Counted from the stretch's first letter, positions 47,735 to 58,478 are shown. The stretch is 64,000 nt of DNA from a virus (IMGVR_UViG_3300020048_000120:4883-68882); one strand, 5' to 3'. Program-made: numbers and translations. Notes: generated by a model from the letters alone, not told the origin.

Positions 47735-48967
47735 ATGATAGTTACATTAGCACAAATATTTGATAAGCATTTCTTAGGAGTTAAGTTTAATAATAAATTA
47801 GCTAAATTGTTATATGGATATCAACTCGATTATATAAATCAAAATAAAGAATATCTAGAGTTTTACGGTGGTAATTTATTAGGAGTACAAGTTATACGTT
47901 TTAAAGATAGTGATGTTATTAAGTTATTTGATAATGTGTTATCAGTTGACTATTTTGCATTAGAAGAAGATTTTAATACTGTCACTACTATAAATCTAAC
48001 TTATAAAATATCTGGCGATTTATTTAATCAAACTATCATGTATTTATTGCATAGATTTTTAATAAGTAAGGAACTAACTGATAATGAAAAAAATAGAGCT
48101 TTATATGATATCGCTCTTATATTTTTCTATAGATGTATAGCTGCTTTATCTAGTTATTATTTTAGATATCCTGCTGATCCTAAAATAGCTCAAGCTGCTT
48201 ATGCTAAATTAAGTAACAAGTTTATTATTAAACAATTAGGATCTTGGAATAAAGTTATGGATTATAGAGCTAAAGCTCTTATAGACAAACAAGGTATACA
48301 CTATAAAAATTTGATTAAGTTTAATGATGATGATACTATTGTATATGCTATAAATGATTCACAAGGTCGTATACGTGATTTAGTTAAGAACTATTATAGA
48401 GAATTTAATAAAGTTCATGTTTCTGGTGATGGTGTTGGAACTACTTCTAGTGTTGTAAAGAATGAAGATGGTGAAGATAGTATTAAAGAAAAAACAAAAT
48501 CTGTAGAAGCTTATGATGTGTATATGCAAAATGCTATTATAGATAAAAATACATTTATTAATAATGAGCTTATTACTCTAATAAGTAAAATAAATAGTAA
48601 TAGTAGTTTTAGGATTATTAAACATACATTAGAGTGGATGTTTGAAAATCATAGTAACATAATCCATAATAAACTTATACATGAATTTATGCATTTAGTT
48701 ATAATACATAGCTTTTATTTAATACAGAATAATATAGGCATATCTCACTTAAATGACTACCAACATATTTTAGGTAATCTTAAAAATCTATATCTATCTA
48801 CTAGATCTAATGATAAGGATCTTTTAAGGATACGTGAAATAGGTGAGAAAATAGTTTTACTAGCTAATGCTAAAGCTAACAAAGGATTAGTATCATCTAC
48901 TAGAACAAGTATTATTCTTTATATTGTACTAAGAGCACTAGTTGGAAGGTCTAGAAATAACGTGTAA
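47735..48967 (+). CDS. Conserved phiKZ-like virion/structural protein
   Basis: 410 aa; FYGGNLLGV..IRF and K.LIKQLGSW patterns, upstream of terminase. Confidence 0.6.
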   Translation: MIVTLAQIFDKHFLGVKFNNKLAKLLYGYQLDYINQNKEYLEFYGGNLLGVQVIRFKDSDVIKLFDNVLSVDYFALEEDFNTVTTINLTYKISGDLFNQTIMYLLHRFLISKELTDNEKNRALYDIALIFFYRCIAALSSYYFRYPADPKIAQAAYAKLSNKFIIKQLGSWNKVMDYRAKALIDKQGIHYKNLIKFNDDDTIVYAINDSQGRIRDLVKNYYREFNKVHVSGDGVGTTSSVVKNEDGEDSIKEKTKSVEAYDVYMQNAIIDKNTFINNELITLISKINSNSSFRIIKHTLEWMFENHSNIIHNKLIHEFMHLVIIHSFYLIQNNIGISHLNDYQHILGNLKNLYLSTRSNDKDLLRIREIGEKIVLLANAKANKGLVSSTRTSIILYIVLRALVGRSRNNV

Positions 48968-48998
48968 TCCTATGAAGTATAGTTTCTAGGAGTACAGC

Positions 48999-49385
48999 GT
49001 GTTTAAGCGTATTTTACTGAATGTATTATTATTTTATAAAGGCATACGATTTTATAAAACAGATAGAGCTCTAAGAACAAAAGAATTTAAAAAAGCAGTT
49101 TTTAAAACACATGAAAACCACATTTTAGAATTCTATGTTTATAAAGAGAATATGGATAATTTAGTTTTAATAAGAGGCAGAATAAAACATATTACGGAAG
49201 TTGTCTATATCATCCAATTAAAGATAACAGATGACTTACCGTTATTTTTTAGTGAGTATAATAATCTTAAAATATTATTTAGTAGTAATTCACTATTTGA
49301 AATAGATCAAGATTATATAGCTAACATACTTTTAAACGTTTATATAGAATTTTTATTGAATGAAATTAAGAATAGAAAGGATTAA
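48999..49385 (+). CDS. Hypothetical protein
   Basis: GTG start after AGGAG SD. Confidence 0.5.
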   Translation: MFKRILLNVLLFYKGIRFYKTDRALRTKEFKKAVFKTHENHILEFYVYKENMDNLVLIRGRIKHITEVVYIIQLKITDDLPLFFSEYNNLKILFSSNSLFEIDQDYIANILLNVYIEFLLNEIKNRKD

Positions 49386-49393
49386 TACTTATT

Positions 49394-51529
49394 ATGACTA
49401 TATTATTTTTTGAAGATTGGGATAAATACCCGAATGCTATAGTAGACACTAAAACAAGAAATAATAGTTTTTTAAGAATGAGTAGTCTTTATAAAAATAT
49501 GGGTATAAAAAACCATGCTTTTATATTACAACTACATGATCAAAGTTTACAAGGTGTCGATCCATTTGATCCTAATTTAACTATAGATCAAAAAATAGAT
49601 ATAGCTGTAGAGTGTAAAAATAATTTCTTTTATTTTGTTAGAGAAATAGCAAGATCTCCAGATGGTTCATATTCTAACCCTATTAGCTTTAAAGCTAATA
49701 GGGGTAATATGGCCTTATATTGGTTATTCTTAAATCATGTTATGACTATTTTAGTACAAATAAGACAAACAGGTAAATCATTTTCTATAGATGTAATGAT
49801 GACTTATCTACTAAATATAGGTTGTACAAATACTATTTTAAGTCTACTCACTAAAGATGATACTCTTAGAGCTCGTAACCTAGAAAGATTAAAAAAAATA
49901 GAATTAGAACTACCACATTACCTTAAACAAAGAACAAAAAATGATATAGGTAACACAGAAGAATTACGTATTAAATCTATGGATAATACTTATATAGGAT
50001 ATCTACCTAATAAATCACCTAAGATGGCGGAAAGAGTTGGCAGGGGTGGAACTAGTCCTATATTTGAAATAGATGAGGCCGCATATATATCTAATATAGC
50101 TATATCTTTACCAGCTATTTTAGCTAGTGGTACAGCTATTAGAGATATATCTAGACAACAAAACACTCCATATGGTACTATATTAGCAACTACTGCTGGT
50201 AAAAAAGATGATCCAGATGGTAGATATGTATATAATCTATTAAGTGATTCAGCTATATATTCAGATTTATTTTTAGATGCAGCTAATGTAGACGAACTAT
50301 ATAAATTAATAGCTAGAAACTCACCAAAAGGTCTTGTGCAAGTTAATTGTACATTTAGTCATAGACAGTTGGGTTATACTGACGAATGGCTTAAAAATGC
50401 TATGCAAGCTGCTAAAGCAGAAGGTGATGCGGCTGAACGAGATTTTTTAAACATGTGGACTTCTGGTACACAACTATCACCACTTTCAATACCTATTAGT
50501 AAATCTATAAGAGATTCACAAAATAGTGATTATAGTAATGAGATAACTTCACCGTATGGTTATATAACTAGATGGTTTATAAAGTTAAATGAAATTAAAC
50601 AAAGAATGAGTATCAGTCATTATACTTTAGGAGTAGATTCTAGCGATGCTGTTGGTGGTGATGATATAGCTATTATTTTAAGAGATATAAAAACTGGTGA
50701 AGTTTTAGCAGCTGGTAATTATAATGAAACTAATCTAATAACTTTTTCAGAATGGTTAGCTAATTGGTTAATTACTTATGAAAATATAACTCTTATTATA
50801 GAACGTAGATCTACAGGAGCTATGATAATAGATTACTTATTATTAATGTTACCTAATAAAGGAATAGATCCATTTAAACGGATATATAATAAAGCTGTTC
50901 AAGAAGCTGAAGAATTTCCTGAAAGATTTAAAGAAATTAGTAGACCGATGTTTAGTAGAAGTGCTGACATATATGTTAGATATAAAAAGTTATTTGGTTT
51001 TGCTACTTCAGCAACTGGAGCTACAAGTAGATCAGAACTCTATAGTGTAACTCTACTTAACGCAGCCAAGTTAACCGGTAGTTTAGTTAAAGATCCTAAA
51101 ACTATAGATCAGATATTAAGTTTAGTTGTTAGAAATGGTAGAGTTGATCATACTGAAGCTGGTAATGACGATCTATGTATAGCTTGGCTACTTAGTTTTT
51201 GGATCATGAGTCAAGGTAAGAATGTTATTTTTTATGGTATTAATAGTAGAGATATTTTATCTTTAAATAGACCTATAGATGCTTTAAGTGATCCTATAGC
51301 TAAATATGATCATGAAAGAAATCTAAGATTAAAAATAGAGATAGAAAGATTAGTCGAAGCTATTAAATTAGAGAGAGATGATTATTTGGTTTCTAGATAT
51401 GAACGAAAACTATTGTCACTAGCCAATGATTTAATAGAAGCAGATAAACAATCACTATCTGTCGATAATCTAATACTGACATTAAGAGATGAACGCAAAG
51501 CTAATAGAAATAATTTTAGAAGATATTAA
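49394..51529 (+). CDS. terL: Terminase large subunit (phiKZ gp25-like)
   Basis: Walker A IRQTGKS, Walker B IFEIDEAAY, ATTAG motif III, nuclease LGVDSSD and NDDL motifs. Confidence 0.92.
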   Translation: MTILFFEDWDKYPNAIVDTKTRNNSFLRMSSLYKNMGIKNHAFILQLHDQSLQGVDPFDPNLTIDQKIDIAVECKNNFFYFVREIARSPDGSYSNPISFKANRGNMALYWLFLNHVMTILVQIRQTGKSFSIDVMMTYLLNIGCTNTILSLLTKDDTLRARNLERLKKIELELPHYLKQRTKNDIGNTEELRIKSMDNTYIGYLPNKSPKMAERVGRGGTSPIFEIDEAAYISNIAISLPAILASGTAIRDISRQQNTPYGTILATTAGKKDDPDGRYVYNLLSDSAIYSDLFLDAANVDELYKLIARNSPKGLVQVNCTFSHRQLGYTDEWLKNAMQAAKAEGDAAERDFLNMWTSGTQLSPLSIPISKSIRDSQNSDYSNEITSPYGYITRWFIKLNEIKQRMSISHYTLGVDSSDAVGGDDIAIILRDIKTGEVLAAGNYNETNLITFSEWLANWLITYENITLIIERRSTGAMIIDYLLLMLPNKGIDPFKRIYNKAVQEAEEFPERFKEISRPMFSRSADIYVRYKKLFGFATSATGATSRSELYSVTLLNAAKLTGSLVKDPKTIDQILSLVVRNGRVDHTEAGNDDLCIAWLLSFWIMSQGKNVIFYGINSRDILSLNRPIDALSDPIAKYDHERNLRLKIEIERLVEAIKLERDDYLVSRYERKLLSLANDLIEADKQSLSVDNLILTLRDERKANRNNFRRY

Positions 51530-51550
51530 CATTAGATGAAAAAAAAAAAT

Positions 51551-51579
51551 AAACCGGCAGCTTGTTAGGCTGCCGGTTT
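51551..51579. terminator. Terminator between convergent genes, conserved-loop family
   Basis: AAACCGGCAGC-TTGTTAG-GCTGCCGGTTT. Confidence 0.8.
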
Positions 51580-51588
51580 ACTTACTCG

Positions 51589-51834
51589 CTATGATTTAAC
51601 ATAGCGCTCATTCCGAGCTTTCCACAACTCGGGATTTTCTGCGTCTATCTTTCTCCGTGTTACCGACGCCGTTATAGCGTCGCGTACCATAGTACCAACC
51701 TCTGATACTACTGCTGTGAATTCTGACGCTTCGCATTCAATATTCAATTCAAGATTCTCCAACTTGCCACTTTCACTAGTATCTTTCGAGCCTTTGGCAA
51801 AGTCTAAACCTGACATTTTCAGTGTAAATTTCAT
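51589..51834 (-). CDS. Small hypothetical early-type protein
   Basis: AGGAGG SD within a family A leader. Confidence 0.6.
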   Translation of the reverse strand: MKFTLKMSGLDFAKGSKDTSESGKLENLELNIECEASEFTAVVSEVGTMVRDAITASVTRRKIDAENPELWKARNERYVKS

Positions 51835-51940
51835 GATAGCCTCCTAGGCTAGTTAAGAACATAGCTGCATCTAACGATATGTTAGACATCTGTATGTTCT
51901 ATCCTATAATGTATATATGACTGAGATTTTTTAAGAACAG
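51835..51940 (-). promoter_or_regulatory. Promoter plus structured 5' leader, family A copy 3
   Basis: Variant box ATATACATTA; stems AGAACATA/TATGTTCT and ATGTCTAA/TTAGATGC; CTAGGAGGCTA SD. Confidence 0.65.
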
Positions 51941-51998
51941 GAAAGCTAAAAAACAAAAAAAATAACCCCCGCTTATTAGGCGGGGGCGAGAACTTCTA

Positions 51999-52397
51999 CT
52001 ATTTAACCTCTACTAAAAAATCTTTCAATAAAATACCTATATTTGGTTCGCCCTCAAATTCTCCTATTGTTGCATTCATATTACTCGGTGTCATTATACC
52101 CTTTCCAACAAGAATTTCCATCAGACTATTACATGGTGTATTCTGTACATAGACACCATTATTATTTACGTATCTTTCAAATACAACCACTGTTCCGACT
52201 GGCGTCCCGATCAATAAGATTTTCCGTCCTTTCGGGCAGACTGACGCCATTACCACACCAGATTTTAGTGGAGTTTTCACAGCTCCACTCAGATACTCGC
52301 CGCCATCACTCCATGATGAATTGTATTCCATCTTTTCTGCATAATGGTACACTTCTTCAAAACGTTCAGACATAGAGTTAATAGTTTTTCTTATCAT
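51999..52397 (-). CDS. Hypothetical early-type protein
   Basis: GRKILLIGT.VG.VVVFERY pattern recalled in other jumbo phages; promoter variant at 52470. Confidence 0.55.
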   Translation of the reverse strand: MIRKTINSMSERFEEVYHYAEKMEYNSSWSDGGEYLSGAVKTPLKSGVVMASVCPKGRKILLIGTPVGTVVVFERYVNNNGVYVQNTPCNSLMEILVGKGIMTPSNMNATIGEFEGEPNIGILLKDFLVEVK

Positions 52398-52517
52398 ATC
52401 GTCATCCTAAGACAGTGTGTAAATCATACACTACCCAGCAGCGCCAGATATAATATATGTTTTATCTTATAAAGTATTTATGACTGAAATTTTTTGCTAA
52501 CGGTGTTTGTTCTCTAA

Positions 52518-53234
52518 CTAGTCCAGTGACTTATCCATTATCCTAGCATGTGTAAAACCACGTTCTATAGCTTTTGATCCTAATTCTGTAACATTAATTA
52601 AAGATAGGTCAGTAATGGTTTTTATTAAAACTGGATCACCTGGAGAGTAAGCTATTAATTTATCATCAGAATCAATAACGGCAACAGTGTATTTTTTAGT
52701 TAAACAGATATCTTCACTATACTCAGTAAAGGCCGTTATTAGATTATTATATAATTTGTATGTAATAATAGAATCTGGATTTATTTCTACATGCGTAGAC
52801 TCAGAACCAAGGTCATTAGTAATATAACCTTTATGACCTTCTAAAATATATTTACAATCATAAGGTTTCCATTCTGCATTTTTTAAAAGACTAATAGTGT
52901 ATTCTAATAAATTGTCCTCATTTGGAAAATGATCTTTAAATAATCTTCCCCAAAATTCTTCATCAGTTGCCTTTAATTTTTCAATACTATTATAAACAGC
53001 TAAAGAAGCAATATATTCTTCAGTTAACATATAATCTTTAACTACCTGTTGAAAATCTAAACGATCTAAAACATGGCCTATAAAACACGGTTCACTAGGT
53101 TCGCCATCAATAATACTAACTGACCAAAGCATTATTCCATTTACATAATAGTGAATAATTTCGTCAGTAAAGTTTACACTATAAAGTATTTTCATTTTTA
53201 TCTCTTTAAAAAAAAAATATAACCTAGCCAGCAC
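52518..53234 (-). CDS. Hypothetical protein
   Basis: True start probably MKILYSV (about 53195), after the terminator hairpin. Confidence 0.55.
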   Translation of the reverse strand: MLARLYFFFKEIKMKILYSVNFTDEIIHYYVNGIMLWSVSIIDGEPSEPCFIGHVLDRLDFQQVVKDYMLTEEYIASLAVYNSIEKLKATDEEFWGRLFKDHFPNEDNLLEYTISLLKNAEWKPYDCKYILEGHKGYITNDLGSESTHVEINPDSIITYKLYNNLITAFTEYSEDICLTKKYTVAVIDSDDKLIAYSPGDPVLIKTITDLSLINVTELGSKAIERGFTHARIMDKSLD

Positions 53235-53254
53235 GAAGCTAGCTAGGTTAAGAC

Positions 53255-54049
53255 TTATGCCGCTAAGATATAGCTTTTATTACTCTCTCTAATATACCTT
53301 TCCACCCCTGGAATATTAGAATAGATCACGGTTCCATTAGTTGATGTAGATGAATTCACATAATACTTATGTGAAAACAACATAATCCGAAGAGCTATAT
53401 ACCAGCTCTCATCATTGTAATGCGATTGTAGCACCGTTAAGTATCTGTCGTCCAATACTACAGAACCAGCAGATACTTTTTCTCTCATCTGGTCTTTTAC
53501 TAACGCCACCACTTTATGATACTCTTCAGTATCTTGTGATGACGGTATACCTACGTAATACTCAGTATTTTTTCTAATGGTCGATAAAGCCATCATTAGA
53601 TTTTTATAAACAGTCACTACATCGTACAGAGATGTAGTTGGTTTATAAAAATTAGATATTTTCATATCAAGTGTCTTATATTTACCATAATCAATACCAT
53701 AAAACTCACAGAGACTTTTTATCAGACTATCTGGAGTTTTTCGTTTAGAAAAATACTCTCTAATTCCCTTTGTCATTCTGTTCATTACTCCAAAATGAAC
53801 AACTGCCTCTTTATTGTTAATTCTGGTACACATGCCCGATTTCCATTTCTCAGGCACACCGATGAAGACTGCTTGTGAATATTTCAGTCTATCATTATAA
53901 TCAATATTATGGTAATCTAAACAAATCGCATCTGATTTCAGTTCAGTCTGCAAAATAGCTGCAGCCATAACAGTTGTTAGATCAAACTTGTTGTACACAA
54001 TTAATGCGGTCATGATATAAGTTCCTTTCAATAAATGGGTAAATTCCAT
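53255..54049 (-). CDS. Hypothetical protein, weak DHH-fold resemblance
   Basis: Likely start MTALIVY; D..T.MAAAIL N-terminus; promoter at 54051-54060. Confidence 0.5.
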   Translation of the reverse strand: MEFTHLLKGTYIMTALIVYNKFDLTTVMAAAILQTELKSDAICLDYHNIDYNDRLKYSQAVFIGVPEKWKSGMCTRINNKEAVVHFGVMNRMTKGIREYFSKRKTPDSLIKSLCEFYGIDYGKYKTLDMKISNFYKPTTSLYDVVTVYKNLMMALSTIRKNTEYYVGIPSSQDTEEYHKVVALVKDQMREKVSAGSVVLDDRYLTVLQSHYNDESWYIALRIMLFSHKYYVNSSTSTNGTVIYSNIPGVERYIRESNKSYILAA

Positions 54050-54123
54050 ATAAAGTATATGTCTATATAATACTTTACAAAGGGGATTGACTTGTACAAG
54101 TCAATCCCCTTGTATTCTTTCAG

Positions 54124-55815
54124 TTATCTATATACAATCATTGCCGCCATAGATAATATTAGTTGTATATTATTTGTTTCTTTAATAAATTTAATAAATA
54201 TTGTTTTAAGGTTTGATATATTAGTGCCTATATTTAAATCTGAATTCCAATCATTTATAGTAAATTTTGCATCTATAGTATTACCGTAAACTATACTAAA
54301 ATGTGTAGGCATAATTGGAGATACTTCATTAGTTAAATTTACCATAGGTTTAGTATTTAAATAAACTCTATTTATCCAATCTGAAAAATTAGTTATTCCT
54401 GATGAGATATTAACACTACTACTAGTACTTATAGCAAATAATCCGTCATTATAATTTACTTCATCCATATCGCCGTTAGTTGATACAAGCCAAGGTGTTA
54501 CAGCATGTGAACCAATACTGTTATCAGAACCACGTCTAATTAAATTTATAACAACGTTTTGCACATGAATAAAATTAGCAAAAGAAAAAGAGATATCTTG
54601 TAAATTAATAAAAACCGTTTTAGCTTGTATATGTCCATATAACTTAGGATTAAATGACCCAGTATTTGAACTCCATGATACTAATGATGTTACATCAAAA
54701 ATGATATTTCTATCTAAGTTTAATAGCCACCATTTCATTAAATAACCTTCGCTAGTATTTTGCCATACAGGATATCCAAATAATTTAACAGCGTAACTAT
54801 TATTAGGATTAACTGTGACCAAGTTATAAGGAGCTGTTATACTAGAATTAAATGAACCACCAGTGCTATATGAAACTTCATTTGATGATAAAGTATAATT
54901 TAACACTAAATCTACTTTTTGTCCAACTATAGAAGCTAAATATTGATCTAAACCAAACATTGTAAATTTAGTTCCATTTACAGGTAATGTAATACTGCTA
55001 CCATCTGAATAGTGGACTGTTCCCATTAAGTTAAGAGCATTGATAGGTACATTTAATGGAAAATTAATAATTCTGTCATCTGTAGGTGACATAAACGCAC
55101 ATGTAGCTGTTATACCAGTTATATACTTAGTTGATATATTTACTGAACGTATGAACGTAGTGTTTTCTACTAAAAATTGTTGTTTAGTTACAACGTGTCC
55201 ATCGTCACTATAAACTACAGCAGTTATTATTTCTCCATCTAATAAGTCTTCAGTAGTATGACAGACAGTCATGCATTTAACAGAATAATTAATATGATTA
55301 TCAACAATAACCATTTCTAATGGAACTGAAGTAGATACTATATTATAACTACCATCGTATACTCTAGATATTACTTCACCAGTCGAACTTAAATCAGATC
55401 CTCTAAATAACTTAGCATAAGACGACATAGTTCCAGGTATTAAAAATCTTATATCCACAGCTAAAACATGAGGAGTAACAGATTTATCTATATAAACTCT
55501 ATATGTGTTTGTTAACTGACCTGGACCAACACCTAGTAAACGATCTGTTTCAGATAGAACAGTAGAACTATCTAAAGCTCTTATTTCTCTAAGAGTTGGT
55601 ATAAGTGTAACATAATCTAAAGATTCAACTATATAAACTGTAAATGTCTCAGCTTCTATAACGTAATCATTAACTTTAGGGACATATTTATTTCTACCAG
55701 CTTCGCCCATCCAGATCTCATGCATACCCCATATACACCATCTAGCATTTTCTTGATATATTGGGACTATGCCATCTGAGCCAGCACTACCATTATTATT
55801 GACATTATCAGTCAT
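54124..55815 (-). CDS. Virion structural protein (phiKZ gp26-like, baseplate region)
   Basis: Conserved gp26-27-28 / gp29-30 divergent arrangement; G.N.YVPKVND motif. Confidence 0.65.
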   Translation of the reverse strand: MTDNVNNNGSAGSDGIVPIYQENARWCIWGMHEIWMGEAGRNKYVPKVNDYVIEAETFTVYIVESLDYVTLIPTLREIRALDSSTVLSETDRLLGVGPGQLTNTYRVYIDKSVTPHVLAVDIRFLIPGTMSSYAKLFRGSDLSSTGEVISRVYDGSYNIVSTSVPLEMVIVDNHINYSVKCMTVCHTTEDLLDGEIITAVVYSDDGHVVTKQQFLVENTTFIRSVNISTKYITGITATCAFMSPTDDRIINFPLNVPINALNLMGTVHYSDGSSITLPVNGTKFTMFGLDQYLASIVGQKVDLVLNYTLSSNEVSYSTGGSFNSSITAPYNLVTVNPNNSYAVKLFGYPVWQNTSEGYLMKWWLLNLDRNIIFDVTSLVSWSSNTGSFNPKLYGHIQAKTVFINLQDISFSFANFIHVQNVVINLIRRGSDNSIGSHAVTPWLVSTNGDMDEVNYNDGLFAISTSSSVNISSGITNFSDWINRVYLNTKPMVNLTNEVSPIMPTHFSIVYGNTIDAKFTINDWNSDLNIGTNISNLKTIFIKFIKETNNIQLILSMAAMIVYR

Positions 55816-55829
55816 TTAAAACCTCTTAT

Positions 55830-58466
55830 TTAATAATATGAAAAAACAAATGAAGATTTTATATCCACAAGATTCTTACTATACAGCCTATTAACATTAA
55901 GTAAAAACCAATAATGACTATAGTTTAAATTTTTAACTGTATCTAAGTTATGTGGAACTATAAAAACATAATCATGGTCTAGCGTAGTTGAAGATATAGG
56001 ATCAAATTCTAACAAATACTCATATGGTTTACATATATTAATTATTTGATTATCAGATAGTGTTTTATCTATATCTTCGTTATCTATAATACCTTCTATT
56101 AGATCATTTGTAATATTAGCTATAAAAGGACTAACTAAAGGATATTTAGCTTCTATACTACTGATACCATCTCTAACAGACTGAGGTTTATACAACGTTA
56201 AATAATCACTAATTTCATTATCTATATCTATAGATTTTTGTCTTTCTTCATATGTATTACCATTTACTAAATGTCTAAAAGGTACTACCACATCTTTTAT
56301 TTGATAAGGTTGTCCATTTAAACTATTTATAATACTTATGCCGTTATGTTCTTCTGAAAATTTAACATCTGATCTATGTTTAATACCACCGTTTACAGTT
56401 ATACGTAATACTTTATCATCTCTAATATCATGTTTTTTATTATTAGATAAAAATCCATGTTCTATAAATCCATGGTCTTCTATTTCATCCATTTTTAAAT
56501 CACTAGTACAAAAACCAGTAAATCTAACTACAACTTTTTGTATATTTGTATTAGCTGGCTGTGTTAAGAAATTTCTATTATTTATATAAACTTTAGGAAA
56601 TACAATAGTATAATCTAAATCACGTATAAGAGATTTTCCATTTAACCATATGTCTAATTCACCAAATGGAATAGGTAAAGTTACATTAATATAATTTCCA
56701 TTTATTAAAACTTCTTCACTTAATGTAAAGAATAAACAACCACTAACTTCTGTTAGATCAATTGTATAATGTAAAAATGTTCTATCTGAAATAACCATAA
56801 AGTAAGCATTAGTTACAGATCCATTATTTTTTAAAACACCATTTACAACATTATAATTATTAGTATTTGTAACATCTATCCAACTATTATCAGATGTTCC
56901 ATTAACTAGATGGGATAGATAAACTCTATAATTATTATTTATAGGTAGTGTTATATTATTAGTTCCAAAAAATACATCTGGCCTATAAGTACCTTTACCA
57001 TATATAGCTTCCACCATAGTGGTTAGAGAATTTCTAGCATAATAATAAGTATCTAAATCATAATAATTTGATTCTAGTAACTCACCATTAGCATTATATT
57101 CAAATGCGGTAAAGTTATTACATAAACCTATTGGTACTATAGCTAATTGTCTATTAGAATCTAAAATAGTTTTAGTTGGAGTTTCACCTAATATCTTTGA
57201 TATAGCATTATAACCATAAGCATCTTTAATTAAATCTATATTTATATCTGAATATTTAGCAGACATAAGTGTAGTATAGCCAGACATCTCTAAATTTTCA
57301 GCTTTCCAAACACTGACCGTACTGTTAGTTCCAGTCATAGCTGCAACTATTAAAGAATCATTTAATTTATATAGTTCAAATATCCTGTTATTTTCAAAAC
57401 ATAGAGCTCTATCATATCCAGAACGTCTTATTTTTACTTCTACCCTAAAGTTAGATGTAGTTACGGCAGTATAATTAAAGTTTGAATATTTAGAAGTTAC
57501 AACACTACTCACTTTATTAGATATAGTATTAACTCTATTTACAATAATACTATAATCTCTATGAGTCAACATTCTATGTGATTTTAAACTATTTCTATTA
57601 TAATAATATCCTAGAGAATGATAACCACCAGTTTTAATTCCTTCTCTAACTATATCTATTTCTATATCATCGTGATAATCTATAGTATTTACAGTTCCAG
57701 CATAGTGAAGTATGTATTTATTAGTTTGATCTTTAATACTAGTGAATGTTTTTAAGTTCTTTACAGTAAATGTAGCAACATGTTTCACACTACTATCATA
57801 AACAAACTCCACTATATCGTCATTTTTTATATTATCGACACTTAACTTATTTACTTTAAAACCGTTTACATAAGTAAATACATAACCATATGTTTTAGCT
57901 TTATATGTGTTGTAAAGAGCTATTATAGCTGTTCTGTCTGCTGTTTTTTCAATGATATCACCAGTTGAAAAAATCATATCGTCATTTGAATTTGAATTAT
58001 ATAAAGAAGATTTAAAAAATGCATTTGTATATAATCTTAAATAAATATCTTCAGTTTCAAAATTAATGGATAATCTTTTATCTGTAGGTATAGCTATAAT
58101 TAAATCACGTTCTTTACTAAAGAAATAATAAGAATTGAATCTAGGAACATATGCTCCTAAATCAGTATATAGTATAGCTATTAAATTACTAGTAGTCATA
58201 GCTGTGCTAAACGAAGTCCATTTTTCATCATACCAACTAGGACCTATTTTTAACAAACCTATAAACCTTGGATGTACCTGACCTACATTATAAACATGAT
58301 ACCTTATTCCTTTAGTTGGTAGATCTATAGTTCTTTCCATCAACTTAAAAATATTGATAGAACCAACTGGTTTAGTTATCTTGTGTGCCTTTATAATAAA
58401 TTCATTATCTTGTTTTGGATTACACCATATATTTTTAATAGCATGATCTAAAAGATATTTGTACAT
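55830..58466 (-). CDS. Virion structural protein (phiKZ gp27-like)
   Basis: 878 aa; L..HA.KNIWCNP.QD N-terminus; synteny. Confidence 0.7.
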   Translation of the reverse strand: MYKYLLDHAIKNIWCNPKQDNEFIIKAHKITKPVGSINIFKLMERTIDLPTKGIRYHVYNVGQVHPRFIGLLKIGPSWYDEKWTSFSTAMTTSNLIAILYTDLGAYVPRFNSYYFFSKERDLIIAIPTDKRLSINFETEDIYLRLYTNAFFKSSLYNSNSNDDMIFSTGDIIEKTADRTAIIALYNTYKAKTYGYVFTYVNGFKVNKLSVDNIKNDDIVEFVYDSSVKHVATFTVKNLKTFTSIKDQTNKYILHYAGTVNTIDYHDDIEIDIVREGIKTGGYHSLGYYYNRNSLKSHRMLTHRDYSIIVNRVNTISNKVSSVVTSKYSNFNYTAVTTSNFRVEVKIRRSGYDRALCFENNRIFELYKLNDSLIVAAMTGTNSTVSVWKAENLEMSGYTTLMSAKYSDINIDLIKDAYGYNAISKILGETPTKTILDSNRQLAIVPIGLCNNFTAFEYNANGELLESNYYDLDTYYYARNSLTTMVEAIYGKGTYRPDVFFGTNNITLPINNNYRVYLSHLVNGTSDNSWIDVTNTNNYNVVNGVLKNNGSVTNAYFMVISDRTFLHYTIDLTEVSGCLFFTLSEEVLINGNYINVTLPIPFGELDIWLNGKSLIRDLDYTIVFPKVYINNRNFLTQPANTNIQKVVVRFTGFCTSDLKMDEIEDHGFIEHGFLSNNKKHDIRDDKVLRITVNGGIKHRSDVKFSEEHNGISIINSLNGQPYQIKDVVVPFRHLVNGNTYEERQKSIDIDNEISDYLTLYKPQSVRDGISSIEAKYPLVSPFIANITNDLIEGIIDNEDIDKTLSDNQIINICKPYEYLLEFDPISSTTLDHDYVFIVPHNLDTVKNLNYSHYWFLLNVNRLYSKNLVDIKSSFVFSYY

Positions 58467-58478
58467 GCTATGATTCCT

